Assembly: GCA_963849325.1 (NCBI GenBank)
Contig: CAWKHF010000008.1
Coordinates: 128,001-192,000 of the forward strand
Source: an uncultured Planctomycetota bacterium
GTDB lineage: Bacteria; Planctomycetota; Planctomycetia; Gemmatales; Gemmataceae
DNA length: 64,000 nucleotides
Direction of reading: 5' to 3'
How positions within the stretch are numbered: position 1 is the first letter of the stretch; each line of letters starts with the position of its first letter. A model generated the notes under the pieces. It ran no database searches. It was not told the DNA's origin and saw nothing but the letters and a program-made list of their open reading frames with translations. The translations under genes were made by a program, and so were the position numbers. Of the stretch, positions 35,449-49,147 are shown one piece after another.

Positions 35449-36777
35449 GTGACCACGAGAAGCCCCGGGTGGGTCGCAACCCTGGTCCTCCTGCTGTCCA
35501 GCGGCGGCGTCCGCGCCGGCGAGGATCCCTGGCAGGCGATCGCCGCCATCCCCCCGCCGCCCGGCAGCGCCGAGTCCGCTCCGGCCGTGACGCTGGAAGC
35601 GCCGCGCTCGCTGTCCGGCGGGACGACCACGGCCGTCTCGGGCGAGTTCCTCGGCCACGGCCTGGCGCCGGTATCGTACAATGAGCCGTCGGACTCGGTC
35701 CCACCGCCGCCGCCCGATCCGCCCTCCGGCACGCACACGGTCCTGCAAGCGCCGGATTCGGTGCCGCCGCCAACCTCCGGCCCCATGCCGCCGCCGCCGC
35801 CGCCCGGCGACATCGGCGTCAATCAGGGCGTGGTCATCGACAAGCCGTTGCAGCATTCGTTCTGGGACAAGTGCAAGCAATACTTCACGCCCGTCGGCGA
35901 TCGCGCCAGCGCCTCGGGCCGCTGCCTGTTCCAGAGCGACCATTGCTTCGACTACTTCGCCTCGCCCGTCACCAATCCGTTCCTGTTCGAGGATCCGCGG
36001 TCGCTGACGGAAATCAAGCCGCTGTTCCTCTACCAGGGCGCGCCGAGAAGTAATCCGATCTTCCGCGGCGGCAACGCCGAGTTTTACGGCCTGCAAGCGC
36101 GTCTGGCCTTCACGGAACGATGGTCGATGACCATCAACGAACTGGGCTTCGTCACGCTCAATCCGTTCGACCCCGCCGCCGACCCGAGTGGTCGATTCAG
36201 CCAGAGCACCGGCTTTGCCCAGATCGAGATTGGGCCGAAGTATACCTTCCTGCGCTCGGAGGCGTGGAAGACGGTGATGGCGGGCGGCCTGATCTTCCAG
36301 ATCCCGGCCGGCTCGCCGAAGGTGTTCCAGGACACCGGCACGCTCGGCCTGGTGCCGTACCTGTCGGCGGCGAAGAACTTCTGTCTGCCGGCCGGCTGGG
36401 GCAGCTTGAACCTGATGGGCAACACCGGCTACTCGTTCTCCGTGGACAATCAGCGCTCCGAATACTATTACTTGAACGCCCACCTCGATTACAACATCGC
36501 CAACACCAATCGGTTCTTCCCGTTCCTGGAGTTGAACTGGTTCCACTATACGAAGGGCGGCCTGGCCAACGACCCCGGTTTCGGCTTCGAGGGGTTGGAC
36601 CTGGTCAACTTCGGCTCGCACACGGTCGGCGCCCGCGATTTCTTGGGGATCTCTCCCGGCCTCCGCTTCAAGCTCAACGAGCACATCCAGGCCGGCGCCG
36701 CCGTGACCTGGCCGCTGCTCAATCAGAAAGAGATCAACGATTATCGTCTGACGTTCGACATCATTTTCCGGTATTGA
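35449..36777 (+). CDS. Putative outer-membrane beta-barrel protein
   Basis: Signal peptide, Pro-rich linker, SDHCFDYFASPVTNPFLFEDPR, alternating beta strands, terminal DIIFRY. Confidence 0.75.
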   Translation: MTTRSPGWVATLVLLLSSGGVRAGEDPWQAIAAIPPPPGSAESAPAVTLEAPRSLSGGTTTAVSGEFLGHGLAPVSYNEPSDSVPPPPPDPPSGTHTVLQAPDSVPPPTSGPMPPPPPPGDIGVNQGVVIDKPLQHSFWDKCKQYFTPVGDRASASGRCLFQSDHCFDYFASPVTNPFLFEDPRSLTEIKPLFLYQGAPRSNPIFRGGNAEFYGLQARLAFTERWSMTINELGFVTLNPFDPAADPSGRFSQSTGFAQIEIGPKYTFLRSEAWKTVMAGGLIFQIPAGSPKVFQDTGTLGLVPYLSAAKNFCLPAGWGSLNLMGNTGYSFSVDNQRSEYYYLNAHLDYNIANTNRFFPFLELNWFHYTKGGLANDPGFGFEGLDLVNFGSHTVGARDFLGISPGLRFKLNEHIQAGAAVTWPLLNQKEINDYRLTFDIIFRY

Positions 36778-36838
36778 TAGAAAGGGAGGGCCGGCGCACT
36801 CGAAGAAGCTAATCACTCTGGGATCGGGACGGCCAACC

Positions 36839-37048
36839 ATGTTAACGATTCGCCTTGCCAAAGCGGACTGGGCCAAAGCCTGGCGCGCCATGATCGAAGT
36901 CGCGCCCGTGCGTCTCGTCGCCGATGACCCTCTCTACGAAGTCTCGCCGGCCCACCTGGAGTTATTGACCGCGCGCGGCTTCTCTTACGAGGTCGTGCCG
37001 TTGCGGCCGCGACGACCGGAGAAGCGCCGTCATGGCACGCCCGATTAG
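36839..37048 (+). CDS. Small hypothetical protein
   Basis: 69-aa ORF overlapping the next gene. Confidence 0.55.
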   Translation: MLTIRLAKADWAKAWRAMIEVAPVRLVADDPLYEVSPAHLELLTARGFSYEVVPLRPRRPEKRRHGTPD

Positions 37049-37367
37049 AAGCATCGAAATCTACTTGCCGCTGGATTACAACGACGGCCGGCCCATCCCA
37101 GAGTCGAAGTACGTCTCGCTCCAACAAGAGCTGTTGAACCGTTTCGGCGGCGTGACTTCGGTCCAGCGACAGTTTCCTCTTCACGGCGCCTGGCAATCCG
37201 GCGCGGACATCTATCAGGATCGGGTGGTGGTGTTCAGCGTCATGGACTTTCGCGAAGGAACGCAGCTGGAGTGCCTGCGCTACCTGGTGAGGCTCAAGGG
37301 TCGCCTCAAGAAGAAGTTCGACCAGCTGGAGATCCTGATTACCGTGGCGGAGCTGTTAGCGATTTGA
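37032..37367 (+). CDS. Small hypothetical protein, possible ferredoxin-like/PII-like fold
   Basis: [10 protein letters not shown]...RFGGVT...GAW...[11 protein letters not shown]. Confidence 0.65.
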   Translation: MARPIRSIEIYLPLDYNDGRPIPESKYVSLQQELLNRFGGVTSVQRQFPLHGAWQSGADIYQDRVVVFSVMDFREGTQLECLRYLVRLKGRLKKKFDQLEILITVAELLAI

Positions 37368-38179
37368 ACCGCCGCACGCAATCGGTGATGGCCGTCTCGG
37401 TCGGCAATCGTTCGATGCTGGAGGCGCCGAAGAAGCCGACGACGCCGTGCGTGTTGTACAGGACGTAGGCCGCGTCCTCCGGCTCGGCGATGGGCCCGCC
37501 GTGACAGAGGACAAGGACGTCGGGGTTGATGCTTTTGGCCGCGTCGTGCAGGGTCCTGAACGCGGCGGGCGGCTTGCTCCAGCGTCAGGGCCGTCTTCGC
37601 TCCGATGCTGCCCTTGGTCGTCAATCCCATGTGCGGGATGAGCACGTCGGCCCCGGCCGCGGCCATCGCTCGCGCCTCGTCCTCGGTGAAGACGTAGGGG
37701 CACGTCAGCAGCCCCAGCTCGCGGGCGGCGGCGATCATGTCCACTTCCTTGTCGAAACCCATGCCGGTCTCTTCGAGTCCCTGCCGCATGGTGCCGTCGA
37801 TGAGTCCGACGGTAGGGAAGTTCTGCACGCCGCTGAAGCCGGCCGCCTGCACGTCGCGGAGAAAGCGCTTCATGATGCGGAAGGGATCGGTGCCGCAGAC
37901 GCCGGCCAGCACCGGCGTGTGCTGAACGATGGGCAGCACCTCGCGGGCCATGTCCATGACGATCTGGTTGGCATCGCCGTAGGGCATCATGCCGCTGAGA
38001 CTGCCGCGTCCAGCCATGCGAAAGCGACCGGAGTTGTAGACGATAATCAGATCGATGCCGCCGGCCTCGGCACACTTGGCCGACAGTCCGGTGCCGGCCC
38101 CGCCGCCGATGATCGGCCGGCCCGCCGCCACGCAGGCGCGGAGACGCTGCAAACATTCGTCGCGACTGAAGACGCTCAA
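37339..38179 (-). CDS. TIM-barrel signal-transduction / PEP-hydrolase-family protein; frameshift near 37555
   Basis: [46 protein letters not shown] and [12 protein letters not shown] motifs. Confidence 0.9.
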
Positions 38180-38220
38180 GGCTTGATATCCGCTTCCGTG
38201 TACTCCGGGACGCACTCTTG

Positions 38221-38275
38221 TCCGAGCCTGAAGCGTAAGCGACGGGCATCTCTTCGCTTACGCTTCAGGCTCGGA
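38221..38275. repeat. REP-like palindrome, AGCCTGAAGCGTAAGCGA family
   Basis: Matches 29778. Confidence 0.85.
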
Positions 38276-38362
38276 CAAGAGCTCGCTTGTCCTCTCACTA
38301 GATAATATGAACCTCATTATAACCGTATCCCTGCTCCGCAAACAGACGGAGGCGTTGCACCC

Positions 38363-39595
38363 ATGTCCGTGTTGCTGATCGGTACGCTGGATACCAAGGG
38401 CGTCGAGTTCCAGTTCGTCCGCGACCGGCTGCGCCAGGCCGGCGTCACCCCGCTTGTCCTCGATGCCGGCGTCCTGCACCCGCCGGCCTTCCCGCCCGAC
38501 ATCCCGCGCGAGCAGGTGTATGCCGCGGCCGGGACCAACCTCGACGCCATCCGCCGAGGCGGCGACCGCGGTCAGGCCGTCGCGGCGGCGGCGAAAGGAG
38601 CGGCCCGCATCGCGGTCGATCTCCACGCCGGAGGGCAACTCGACGGCGTACTCGGGCTGGGCGGCTCGGCCGGCACCACCATCGCCACCGCCGCCATGCG
38701 CGCCCTGCCCTTGGGTGTGCCCAAGCTTATGGTCAGCACGCTCGCCAGCGGCCAGGTCCGCCCCTACGTCGGCGTCCGCGACATCCTCATGATGCACTCG
38801 GTCGTGGACATCAGCGGCATCAATCGCATCAGCCGCCTCGTGCTCGCCAACGCCGCCGCCGCCCTCGCCGGCATGGTCCAGCAAACCGCCATTCGCGATC
38901 CACAATGGGCAGGCGGAGAGGACAAACCGCTGGTCAGTGCGACCATGTTCGGAGTGACAACGCCGTGCGTCGAGGCGGCGCGGAGCGCGGCCGAGCGGGC
39001 CGGCTTCGAGGTGCTCGTCTTCCACGCCACCGGCAGCGGCGGCCTGACCATGGAATCGCTCCTCGCCGACGGACAGATCGCCGGCGTGCTCGACCTGACG
39101 ACGACGGAACTGGCCGACGAACTGGTGGGGGGCATTCTCACGGCGGGACGCGATCGCTTGACGGCGGCGGGACTGCGCGGCGTGCCGCAGGTTATTTCAC
39201 TCGGCGCCCTGGACATGGTCAACTTCGGGCCGCCCGAGACCGTCCCCGAGAAGTTCCGCGCCCGCCGCTTCCATGCGCACAATCCGAACGTGACCCTCAT
39301 GCGGACCACGCCGGACGAGAACGATGCCTTGGGCAAGGAGATCGCCCACAAGGCCAGCGCCGCGCGCGGGCCGACCGCGGTGCTGGTCCCGCTGCGGGGA
39401 GTATCGGCGCTGGACGCCGAGGGACAGCCGTTCTGGTGGCCGCAAGCCGACGCCGCTCTGTTTCAGAGTCTACGCAACTGGATGAGTCCGCACGTGCGGC
39501 TGGTGGAACTGGACCTGCACCTCAACGACGCCGCCTTCGCCGAGGCGGCCGTGCGCATCCTGCTGGAGATGATGGGGCGCGTTTCCCCCGTTTAG
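38363..39595 (+). CDS. UPF0261 / Tm-1-like ATP-binding protein
   Basis: GTLDTKG, GGSAGT, LPLGVPKLMVST, TMFGVTTPC, FHATGSGG, GALDMVNFG and HNPNVTLMRT motifs. Confidence 0.92.
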   Translation: MSVLLIGTLDTKGVEFQFVRDRLRQAGVTPLVLDAGVLHPPAFPPDIPREQVYAAAGTNLDAIRRGGDRGQAVAAAAKGAARIAVDLHAGGQLDGVLGLGGSAGTTIATAAMRALPLGVPKLMVSTLASGQVRPYVGVRDILMMHSVVDISGINRISRLVLANAAAALAGMVQQTAIRDPQWAGGEDKPLVSATMFGVTTPCVEAARSAAERAGFEVLVFHATGSGGLTMESLLADGQIAGVLDLTTTELADELVGGILTAGRDRLTAAGLRGVPQVISLGALDMVNFGPPETVPEKFRARRFHAHNPNVTLMRTTPDENDALGKEIAHKASAARGPTAVLVPLRGVSALDAEGQPFWWPQADAALFQSLRNWMSPHVRLVELDLHLNDAAFAEAAVRILLEMMGRVSPV

Positions 39596-39647
39596 CCGCG
39601 ACGCGCAGCGGAGCGCAACGCGCTCCGCTGCGCGTCGCGGCTAAACG
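39589..39647. repeat. REP-like palindrome, TTTAGCCGCGACG family; supplies the stop codon of the upstream gene
   Basis: TAG at 39593-39595 lies within the repeat. Confidence 0.9.
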
Positions 39648-39669
39648 AGAACGGGTTGCTGGACGCTCC

Positions 39670-40104
39670 TTACTTCTTCTCGGTTCCGAACTGGATGCTC
39701 GCTCCCTTGTCACCGCCGATCTCGAAAGACGGTCCCTTGTCACTGTGGAACTGCAACAGCGGTCCCTTGTCGCCGGAGTTGACTTTCACGGACGAACCGT
39801 TCTCCATCTGCACGCTCAGCTGCGGCGGCGGCGGCGGCGAGGGGAGCATCAGCTTGTCGGTGGCCTTTTTGGCGTCGGGCACTTTGTGGGCCTCTTCCTT
39901 GGCCTTGTTGTCGATGATCTGCTGGATCTTCTGCTCGCCCTTCTGCAAGTCGGTGCCGATTTTGTGGGTGTCGAAATCGATCTGCACGCTATGCTGGCCG
40001 GGGACCGAGGCCGGCTGACTGCGTACCTTGTACCAACCGAGATACCAGCCCAGGCCGGCCACCGTCAGGATTCCCGCCGCGAACAACGCCAACATGTTTC
40101 GCAT
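39670..40104 (-). CDS. Membrane-anchored hypothetical protein
   Basis: MRNMLALFAAGILTVAGLGWYLGWY with AGGAGAGG upstream; short C-terminal GDKG repeats. Confidence 0.7.
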   Translation of the reverse strand: MRNMLALFAAGILTVAGLGWYLGWYKVRSQPASVPGQHSVQIDFDTHKIGTDLQKGEQKIQQIIDNKAKEEAHKVPDAKKATDKLMLPSPPPPPQLSVQMENGSSVKVNSGDKGPLLQFHSDKGPSFEIGGDKGASIQFGTEKK

Positions 40105-40769
40105 GATTGGACCTCTCCTCCTTAGAAGGACGAAGGGGGGCCTCTGCACTTCCGCCCCGCGCCTGTACCACAGGCCCAGACGGCAGGTCCAGAGCAACCG
40201 GCCGTCGCCGCGACGCTCCGGCCCGGCGGCGCCGGCGCATCCGGCACAGTCCGTGCAAGCCGCCGCGACGGCGCGGCAAACCGATCTTGACAGGACCCCG
40301 CCCAAAGAGCGTATGCTGCTACAGGCGTCAAAGCCGTCAGCTTGAGCGCCATCCGCTCGGATGGTCGATCCGGTCCAATTTGGGGCGGCAGGAGCCGGAA
40401 GGGTGAGAGGCGCGCCGGACCCGCCGGGCGAGCTATTTGACGTGATCCGTACACCGTGGATAAAATAACAGATGAGCAAGCCGGACTGGATCGGATCGCG
40501 GACGGTCGCGCCACCCCGCCCCGGGCTCGTGACGAGGACGCCTCCGCATCCTTCCATCCTGGACTCGTGTTCCGAAGCCGGAACAGGCCGCCTTCTCTCC
40601 CGTACATTTTGTGGTCCCGGCATGGTTGCCCTGCACGGGAGTAAGGGTGGCGGTCCCGCGGGTCGGCCGCGATTCTCCCCCGTTGGTCCGGCTCGCCGGC
40701 CCGGAACTCCCCCCATCGATTTGTTCCCGGCGCGCCGCTGAGGGCCGCCGTTTTTGGAGGTATCCAGCG

Positions 40770-44015
<3,246 letters not shown>

Positions 44016-44083
44016 GGGTCCGTGGCCGGTGTGGGGGAGGTGCCGTTATTCGACTGGAAGGATTCAGCACCACCGAGGAGGCC

Positions 44084-44380
44084 ATGATCCATCGGGCTGC
44101 GGCTGCCCTCCGATCCGCTGGTTACGACACAGCCGTCTTGCCAGTGCTGATTCGCGCCGACATGCCGGCCGGCTATCGCGGTATGTCGCTGGCGGACGGG
44201 GCCGCCCTGGGGGTGGAAGCCTTTTCTTCGCAGGACATGCTTCATCACGTTCTGGAGGAGGAGTTGCGTCACCAGGGCCAGAAAGCATCCGGTCGTGCCG
44301 AGGAGTTCGCTCCGGGGACGGGGCGGGCATTGGAGGAAGAGGTAGATGCCGAGCGAAAATTCCCTCTCCCCGGAGAATGA
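44084..44380 (+). CDS. Small hypothetical protein inserted in the prkA operon
   Basis: GAGGAGG SD; HVLEEELRH motif. Confidence 0.6.
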   Translation: MIHRAAAALRSAGYDTAVLPVLIRADMPAGYRGMSLADGAALGVEAFSSQDMLHHVLEEELRHQGQKASGRAEEFAPGTGRALEEEVDAERKFPLPGE

Positions 44381-44636
44381 CTTGGCGGCACGGTTGGCCT
44401 TACTCCAGTCGGCCAGCGAGGGCCGGCTTGAGGGCTTATCCTGCCCCCGCTGCCGGAAGGCCGCCGTCTCCGTTTGGTTCACGTGCCGCAGCGCGAACGA
44501 TTACTGGACCTGGTTTCTCTGCGCGGATTGCGGTTGGGAAATGTGCGCTCAGGGCGATCGTCCCCAACACTATTCTCGTCAGCGCGAACGCTCGCCGCGC
44601 GTGGCCACCGGGCCTCCGGGCGGAGTGAAAACCTGA
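44346..44636 (+). CDS. Small zinc-ribbon protein
   Basis: CPRC...CADC; overlaps the previous ORF; GAGG upstream. Confidence 0.6.
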   Translation: MPSENSLSPENDLAARLALLQSASEGRLEGLSCPRCRKAAVSVWFTCRSANDYWTWFLCADCGWEMCAQGDRPQHYSRQRERSPRVATGPPGGVKT

Positions 44637-44652
44637 TGCGGGGGAATTCATC

Positions 44653-45756
44653 GTGGGACAGAAGATCGAACGCGATCATCAGCGCTTCAAGAAGCTGGTA
44701 CGCGGCAAGGTCAAAAGCAACCTGTCCAAGTACATCAGCCGCGGCGAGATGATCGGCAAGAAGGGCAAGGACCTCGTCAGCATCCCGCTGCCGCAGATCG
44801 AGGTGCCGCAGTTTCGCTACGGCAGCAAGGGCTCCGGCGGCGTCGGCCAGGGCGACGGTCAGATCGGTCAGCCGCTCGGTCCCGGCCAGCAGGAGTCGGA
44901 CTCCGGCGCCGGCGATCAGCCCGGCGGACACATCCTCGAAGTCGAATTGACGCATGGAGGAGATGGCCGCCATCCTCGGCGAAGAGCTGGCCCTGCCGCG
45001 CATCGAGCCGCGCGGCAAGAAGAACATCGTCACCACCCGCGACAAGTACACCGGCATCCGCCAGGCCGGACCCGAATCGCTGCGCCACTTCAAGCGCACC
45101 TTCAAGCGCGCCCTGCGCCGCCAGATCGCCTCGCAAGCCTACGACCCCGGCGACCCGATCGTCGTGCCCGATCCGCGCAGGACAAGCAGTACCGCAGCTG
45201 GAAGGACGTGCAGCAGCCGCAGAGCGTGGCCGTCATCATCTACATGATGGACGTGTCCGGCTCGATGACCGACGAGCAAAAAGAGATCGTCCGCATCGAG
45301 GCGTTCTGGATCGACACCTGGATCAAGGCCCACTACCAGGGCGTCGAGACGGTCTACATCATCCACGACGCCGCCGCCCAGGAGGTGGACGAGCACACCT
45401 TCTACCACACGCGCGAATCGGGCGGCACCAAGATCAGCTCGGCCTACACGCTGGCCGACAAGATCATCGCCGCCCGCTATCCGCCGGACCAGTGGAACGT
45501 CTACGCCTTCCACTTCTCCGACGGCGACAACTGGGGCGACGACATTCCCCACTGCATCGAGATGTTGCAGGAGAAACTGCTGCCGCGCTGAACCTGTTCG
45601 GTTACGGGCAGGTGGAAAGCCCCTACGGCAGCGGCGAGTTTTACGAGTACGTCCACGAGATGCTCGGCGAGACGGCCCAACGTGGTGTGCAGCCGCATCC
45701 CCGACCGCGACGCCATCCTCGGCTCGATCAAGGAGTTTCTCGGCACCGGCCGCTAG
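44653..45756 (+). CDS. yeaH: YeaH/YhbH (DUF444) vWA-like protein; frameshifts
   Basis: GGVGQGDG, MMDVSGSM, ESGGTKISSAY, YAFHFSDGDNW and LFGYGQV motifs. Confidence 0.9.
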
Positions 45757-45760
45757 ATCA

Positions 45761-45791
45761 AAGTTCTGAGTTCTGAGTTCTGAGTTCTGAG
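45761..45791. repeat. Heptamer tandem repeat (AGTTCTG)4
   Basis: AAGTTCTGAGTTCTGAGTTCTGAGTTCTGAG between yeaH and spoVR. Confidence 0.9.
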
Positions 45792-45797
45792 TGAAGA

Positions 45798-48543
45798 ATG
45801 GATACGCCATACGATACCACGCTGCCGCCCCATCTGCGCTCGCTGAAGGAGGAAATCGAGGGCTACGCGCGCGACTACGGACTGGACTTCTTCGAGACCA
45901 TCTTCGAGGTGATCGACGCCGACGATCTCAACGAGGTGGCGGCCTACGGCGGCTTTCCCACGCGCTACCCGCACTGGTCGTTCGGCATGTCCTACGAGGA
46001 GCTGCGCAAGGGCTACGACTACGGATTGTCGAAGATCTACGAAATGGTCATCAACAACGATCCGTGCTACGCCTACCTGATGCGCAGCAACCACACGGTC
46101 GATCAGAAGTTGGTGATGAGTCACGTCTACGGCCACTGCCTGGCACCGGAGACACGGATTGAGACACGCGACGGTGTGAAGGCCATCACGGAGATCAGGG
46201 TCGGCGACGAGGTGCTGACGCATACGGGAGCTTATCGTCCGGTGCGGGTTTGCGCGCGCCGCTGGTTCCGAGGCCCCATTTGTCGTCTGACGGTTGCGGG
46301 ATCGAGCGAGCCGGTGCGGATTACCGGAGAGCATCCCGTGTATGTCCTTCGGCCTTCACCTTGCGTCTTGCAAGGACGACAGCGTATTCCGTGCCGGCCG
46401 ACCTGCCAATCCCAGCGGAAGTGCTCCAAGCCGCGTCCCTACGAGTCCTATCAACGGCAATGGCTTCCAGCCGCGCAGGTTCGGGCCGGTGATTTCGTCG
46501 TATTTCCGCGCCGTCGCGCCGCTGCCAAAGCTTCTCCTTCTACCGTTTCCATTCCGTTCGACAAGGTACTCCACCGGCAACATCTGGTTGGAGAGCATCG
46601 AGTTCCTGTGGAGCGCAACCTGGCGAAACTCCTCGGTTATTTCATCGCCGAGGGCAACGCTCAGGAACGCGGTCTGGTCGGCTTCGGTTTTCACGCCGAA
46701 GAACACGACTATCATCAGGAAACAACGGAACTGGCTCGGAAGTTGTTCGGCGTCCGGGTGGGGCGAGACGATTACCTCGATGCCCACGCCACGACGATCC
46801 GCTTCAACTCCCTGGAAATTGCTGCCTGGCTTCGGCAGCATGTGGGAACCCATGCCGCGAAGAAGCGAATTCCCGCCTTCCTCATGGATCATCCCCGGGA
46901 TGAAGTGCTTCAAGCGTGCTTGCAGGGCGTCTTCGCCGGAGATGGTTACTACACGAGCACGTCCGGCCGCAAGTCGGGCACCCTCTCCCTGACGACGATT
47001 TCGGAAACCCTGGCCTACCAAGTACGGACTGCCTGCCTGCGCTGGGGGATCAAATCCACTATTGTCACACGCCGTCGTCCGGATCGGCAGGTCAGCTACG
47101 ATGTGATCTGGTCCGGTGTTTCGGCTCACAAATTGAGTGAGTTGCTCTACGGCCGGGACGTCATCAAGGGGAACCGATCCTTCGAGCGCAGCTGGTCGGA
47201 CGATCATTACCTCTACCAGCCCATTCGCTCCGTCCAGATGGAGCCATACAACGGACTCGTCTACAACTTCTCTGTGGACACGGATGAAAGCTACACCCTC
47301 GCTGCGGGTTTTGTCGTCCACAACTGCGACTTTTTCAAGAACAACGCCTACTTCGGGCACACCAATCGCAAGATGATGGACGAGATGGCCAATCACGGAG
47401 CGCGCATCCGTCACTACGCCGAGCGCTTCGGCGAGGACGAGGTCGAGGCGTTCATGGACCGCTGCATGTCGATCGACGACCTGATCGACGTGCATTCGAC
47501 GGCCATCCGCCGCCGCGAGCCGGTGTCGCGCTACGACTTCAGCCCCGAGCGCGACGACAGCGAGGAGATGCGGGCGACGCGCTTCAAAAGCAAGGACTAC
47601 ATGGATGACTACATCAACCCGCGCGAGCTGCTCAAGAAGGAGGAGGAGGAGCGCCGCAAGGCCAAGGAGCAGACGGCCCGCAGCTTCCCCGAGCACCCCG
47701 AGAAGGACGTGCTGCTGTTTCTGATCGAGCACGCGCCATTGAAGAACTGGCAGCGCGACATCCTCGAAATCGTCCGCGACGAGGCGTACTACTTCGCACC
47801 GCAGGGACAAACCAAGGTGATGAACGAGGGGTGGGCCTCGTTCTGGCATTCGACGATCATGACCCAGAAGGTACTAAACCCTTCCGAGGTGATCGATTAC
47901 GCCGACCACCACTCCGGCACGATGGCCGTGTCGCGCGGGCGGATCAATCCCTACAAGCTGGGCATCGAGTTGTTGCGCGACATCGAGCACCGCTGGAACA
48001 CCGGCAAGTTCGGCAAGGAGTACGACGAGTGCGACGACCTGGAGAAGCGGCGCAACTGGGACAAGCAGCTCGGCCTGGGACGGCAAAAAATCTTCGAGGT
48101 GCGCCGCGTCCATAACGATATTACCTTTATCGACACGTTCCTGACGCCGGAGTTCTGCGTGCAGCACAATATGTTCAGCTTCGCCTGGCAGGAGCAGGCG
48201 GGCGGTTACGTGATCGAATCGCGCGATTTCGAGAAAATCAAGCAACGGCTGTTATTCAGCTTGACGAACTTCGGCAAACCGTGGATTTATGTAGTAGACG
48301 GCAATTTCCGCAACCGCGGCGAGTTGCTGTTGAAGCACCAGCACACCGGCGTCGAACTCCGCCTCGATCAGGCGGCCGACACCCTGGCGAACATCCAGTA
48401 TCATCTGGGGACGGCCGGTCAACCTGCAGACGCTCGTCGAGGGCAAGCCGACCATGCTTTCCTTCGACGGCAGCGAACACAGCATCAAAACCGGAGGAGA
48501 GATCGATGAGCCTCGACGCACTACTTCTGGAAAAACTCGCTAA
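45798..48543 (+). CDS. spoVR: SpoVR/YcgB family protein, intein-containing; frameshift near 48400
   Basis: GFPTRYPHWSFG, KIYEMVINNDPCYAYL, HVYGH|CDFFKNN, YYFAPQGQTKVMNEGWASFWH and NPYKLG motifs. Confidence 0.93.
46137..47324 (+). mobile_element. 396-aa intein with LAGLIDADG homing endonuclease in spoVR
   Basis: CLAPETRI start; ITGEHP block B; LLGYFIAEG and LQGVFAGDG; VYNFSVDTDESYTLAAGFVVHN end; +1 Cys; open and in frame. Confidence 0.96.
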
Positions 48544-48981
48544 ATGGCGACCCGATAGCGGCCGGTCCACGCTCGACGTGGCCGACGCCGCCGGCGGCTG
48601 GGCCGTCGCCTTTACCGCCGAATGCGTGGATGGGATTGGCTGCCGGCTGTGGGAGTTGGCCCTGCGCCGCACGGCCGAGACGTCTGCCCCTCGATCCGAA
48701 GGCCCGCGCCGGCGAGGTCTGCCGGCGCGTGACGGGATTGCTCGAACCGCTGTGTCTGGTGGAAGTGGACACGGCGCGGAACGTGGCCTTGCTGCGCAGC
48801 GAACAGCCGGGACAACGCGGCGACGACCGCTTCTATTATGAAGTGCTGCTCGAAGGCGACGGCGGCAGCGTCGCTGCGCCGCTATCAGGCGCCGCGTCCG
48901 GACCAACCGCGCCGCCAACAGGTCGCCTTCACCCTCACCCACGAAGCGCTCGCCAAACTGGTCGGCGATCTAACGGCATGA
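48506..48981 (+). CDS. Hypothetical protein; frameshifts
   Basis: MSLDALLLEKLAKWRP...VTGLLEPL.LVEVD...YYEVLL; overlaps the spoVR end. Confidence 0.6.
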
Positions 48982-48983
48982 AC

Positions 48984-49061
48984 TAGGGAATAGGGAATAG
49001 GGAATAGGGAAGAGAGAAAAAGTCTATTCCCTATTCCCTATTCCCTATTCCCTATTCCCTA
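48984..49061. repeat. Inverted heptamer tandem repeat (TAGGGAA)4 / (TTCCCTA)5
   Basis: Seen directly. Confidence 0.9.
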
Positions 49062-49147
49062 CTCCTGTCTTGATCTTTCTCTCCTGACGCACTAGAAGCG
49101 ATGCTCCGGAAGGGACCTCTCCCCTGGGCGTCAAGGAGGCGAAAGCC

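Noticed and set aside
33466-36891. 1141-aa minus-strand ORF and other long antisense ORFs (e.g. 3730..5568, 27273..29078, 62272..63771)
   Set aside because: Shadow ORFs of high-GC genes on the opposite strand; Arg/Gly-rich with no recognisable motifs.
40105-40769. Long intergenic region upstream of prkA as an RNA gene or CDS
   Set aside because: No convincing terminator, recognisable RNA motif or coding signal seen.
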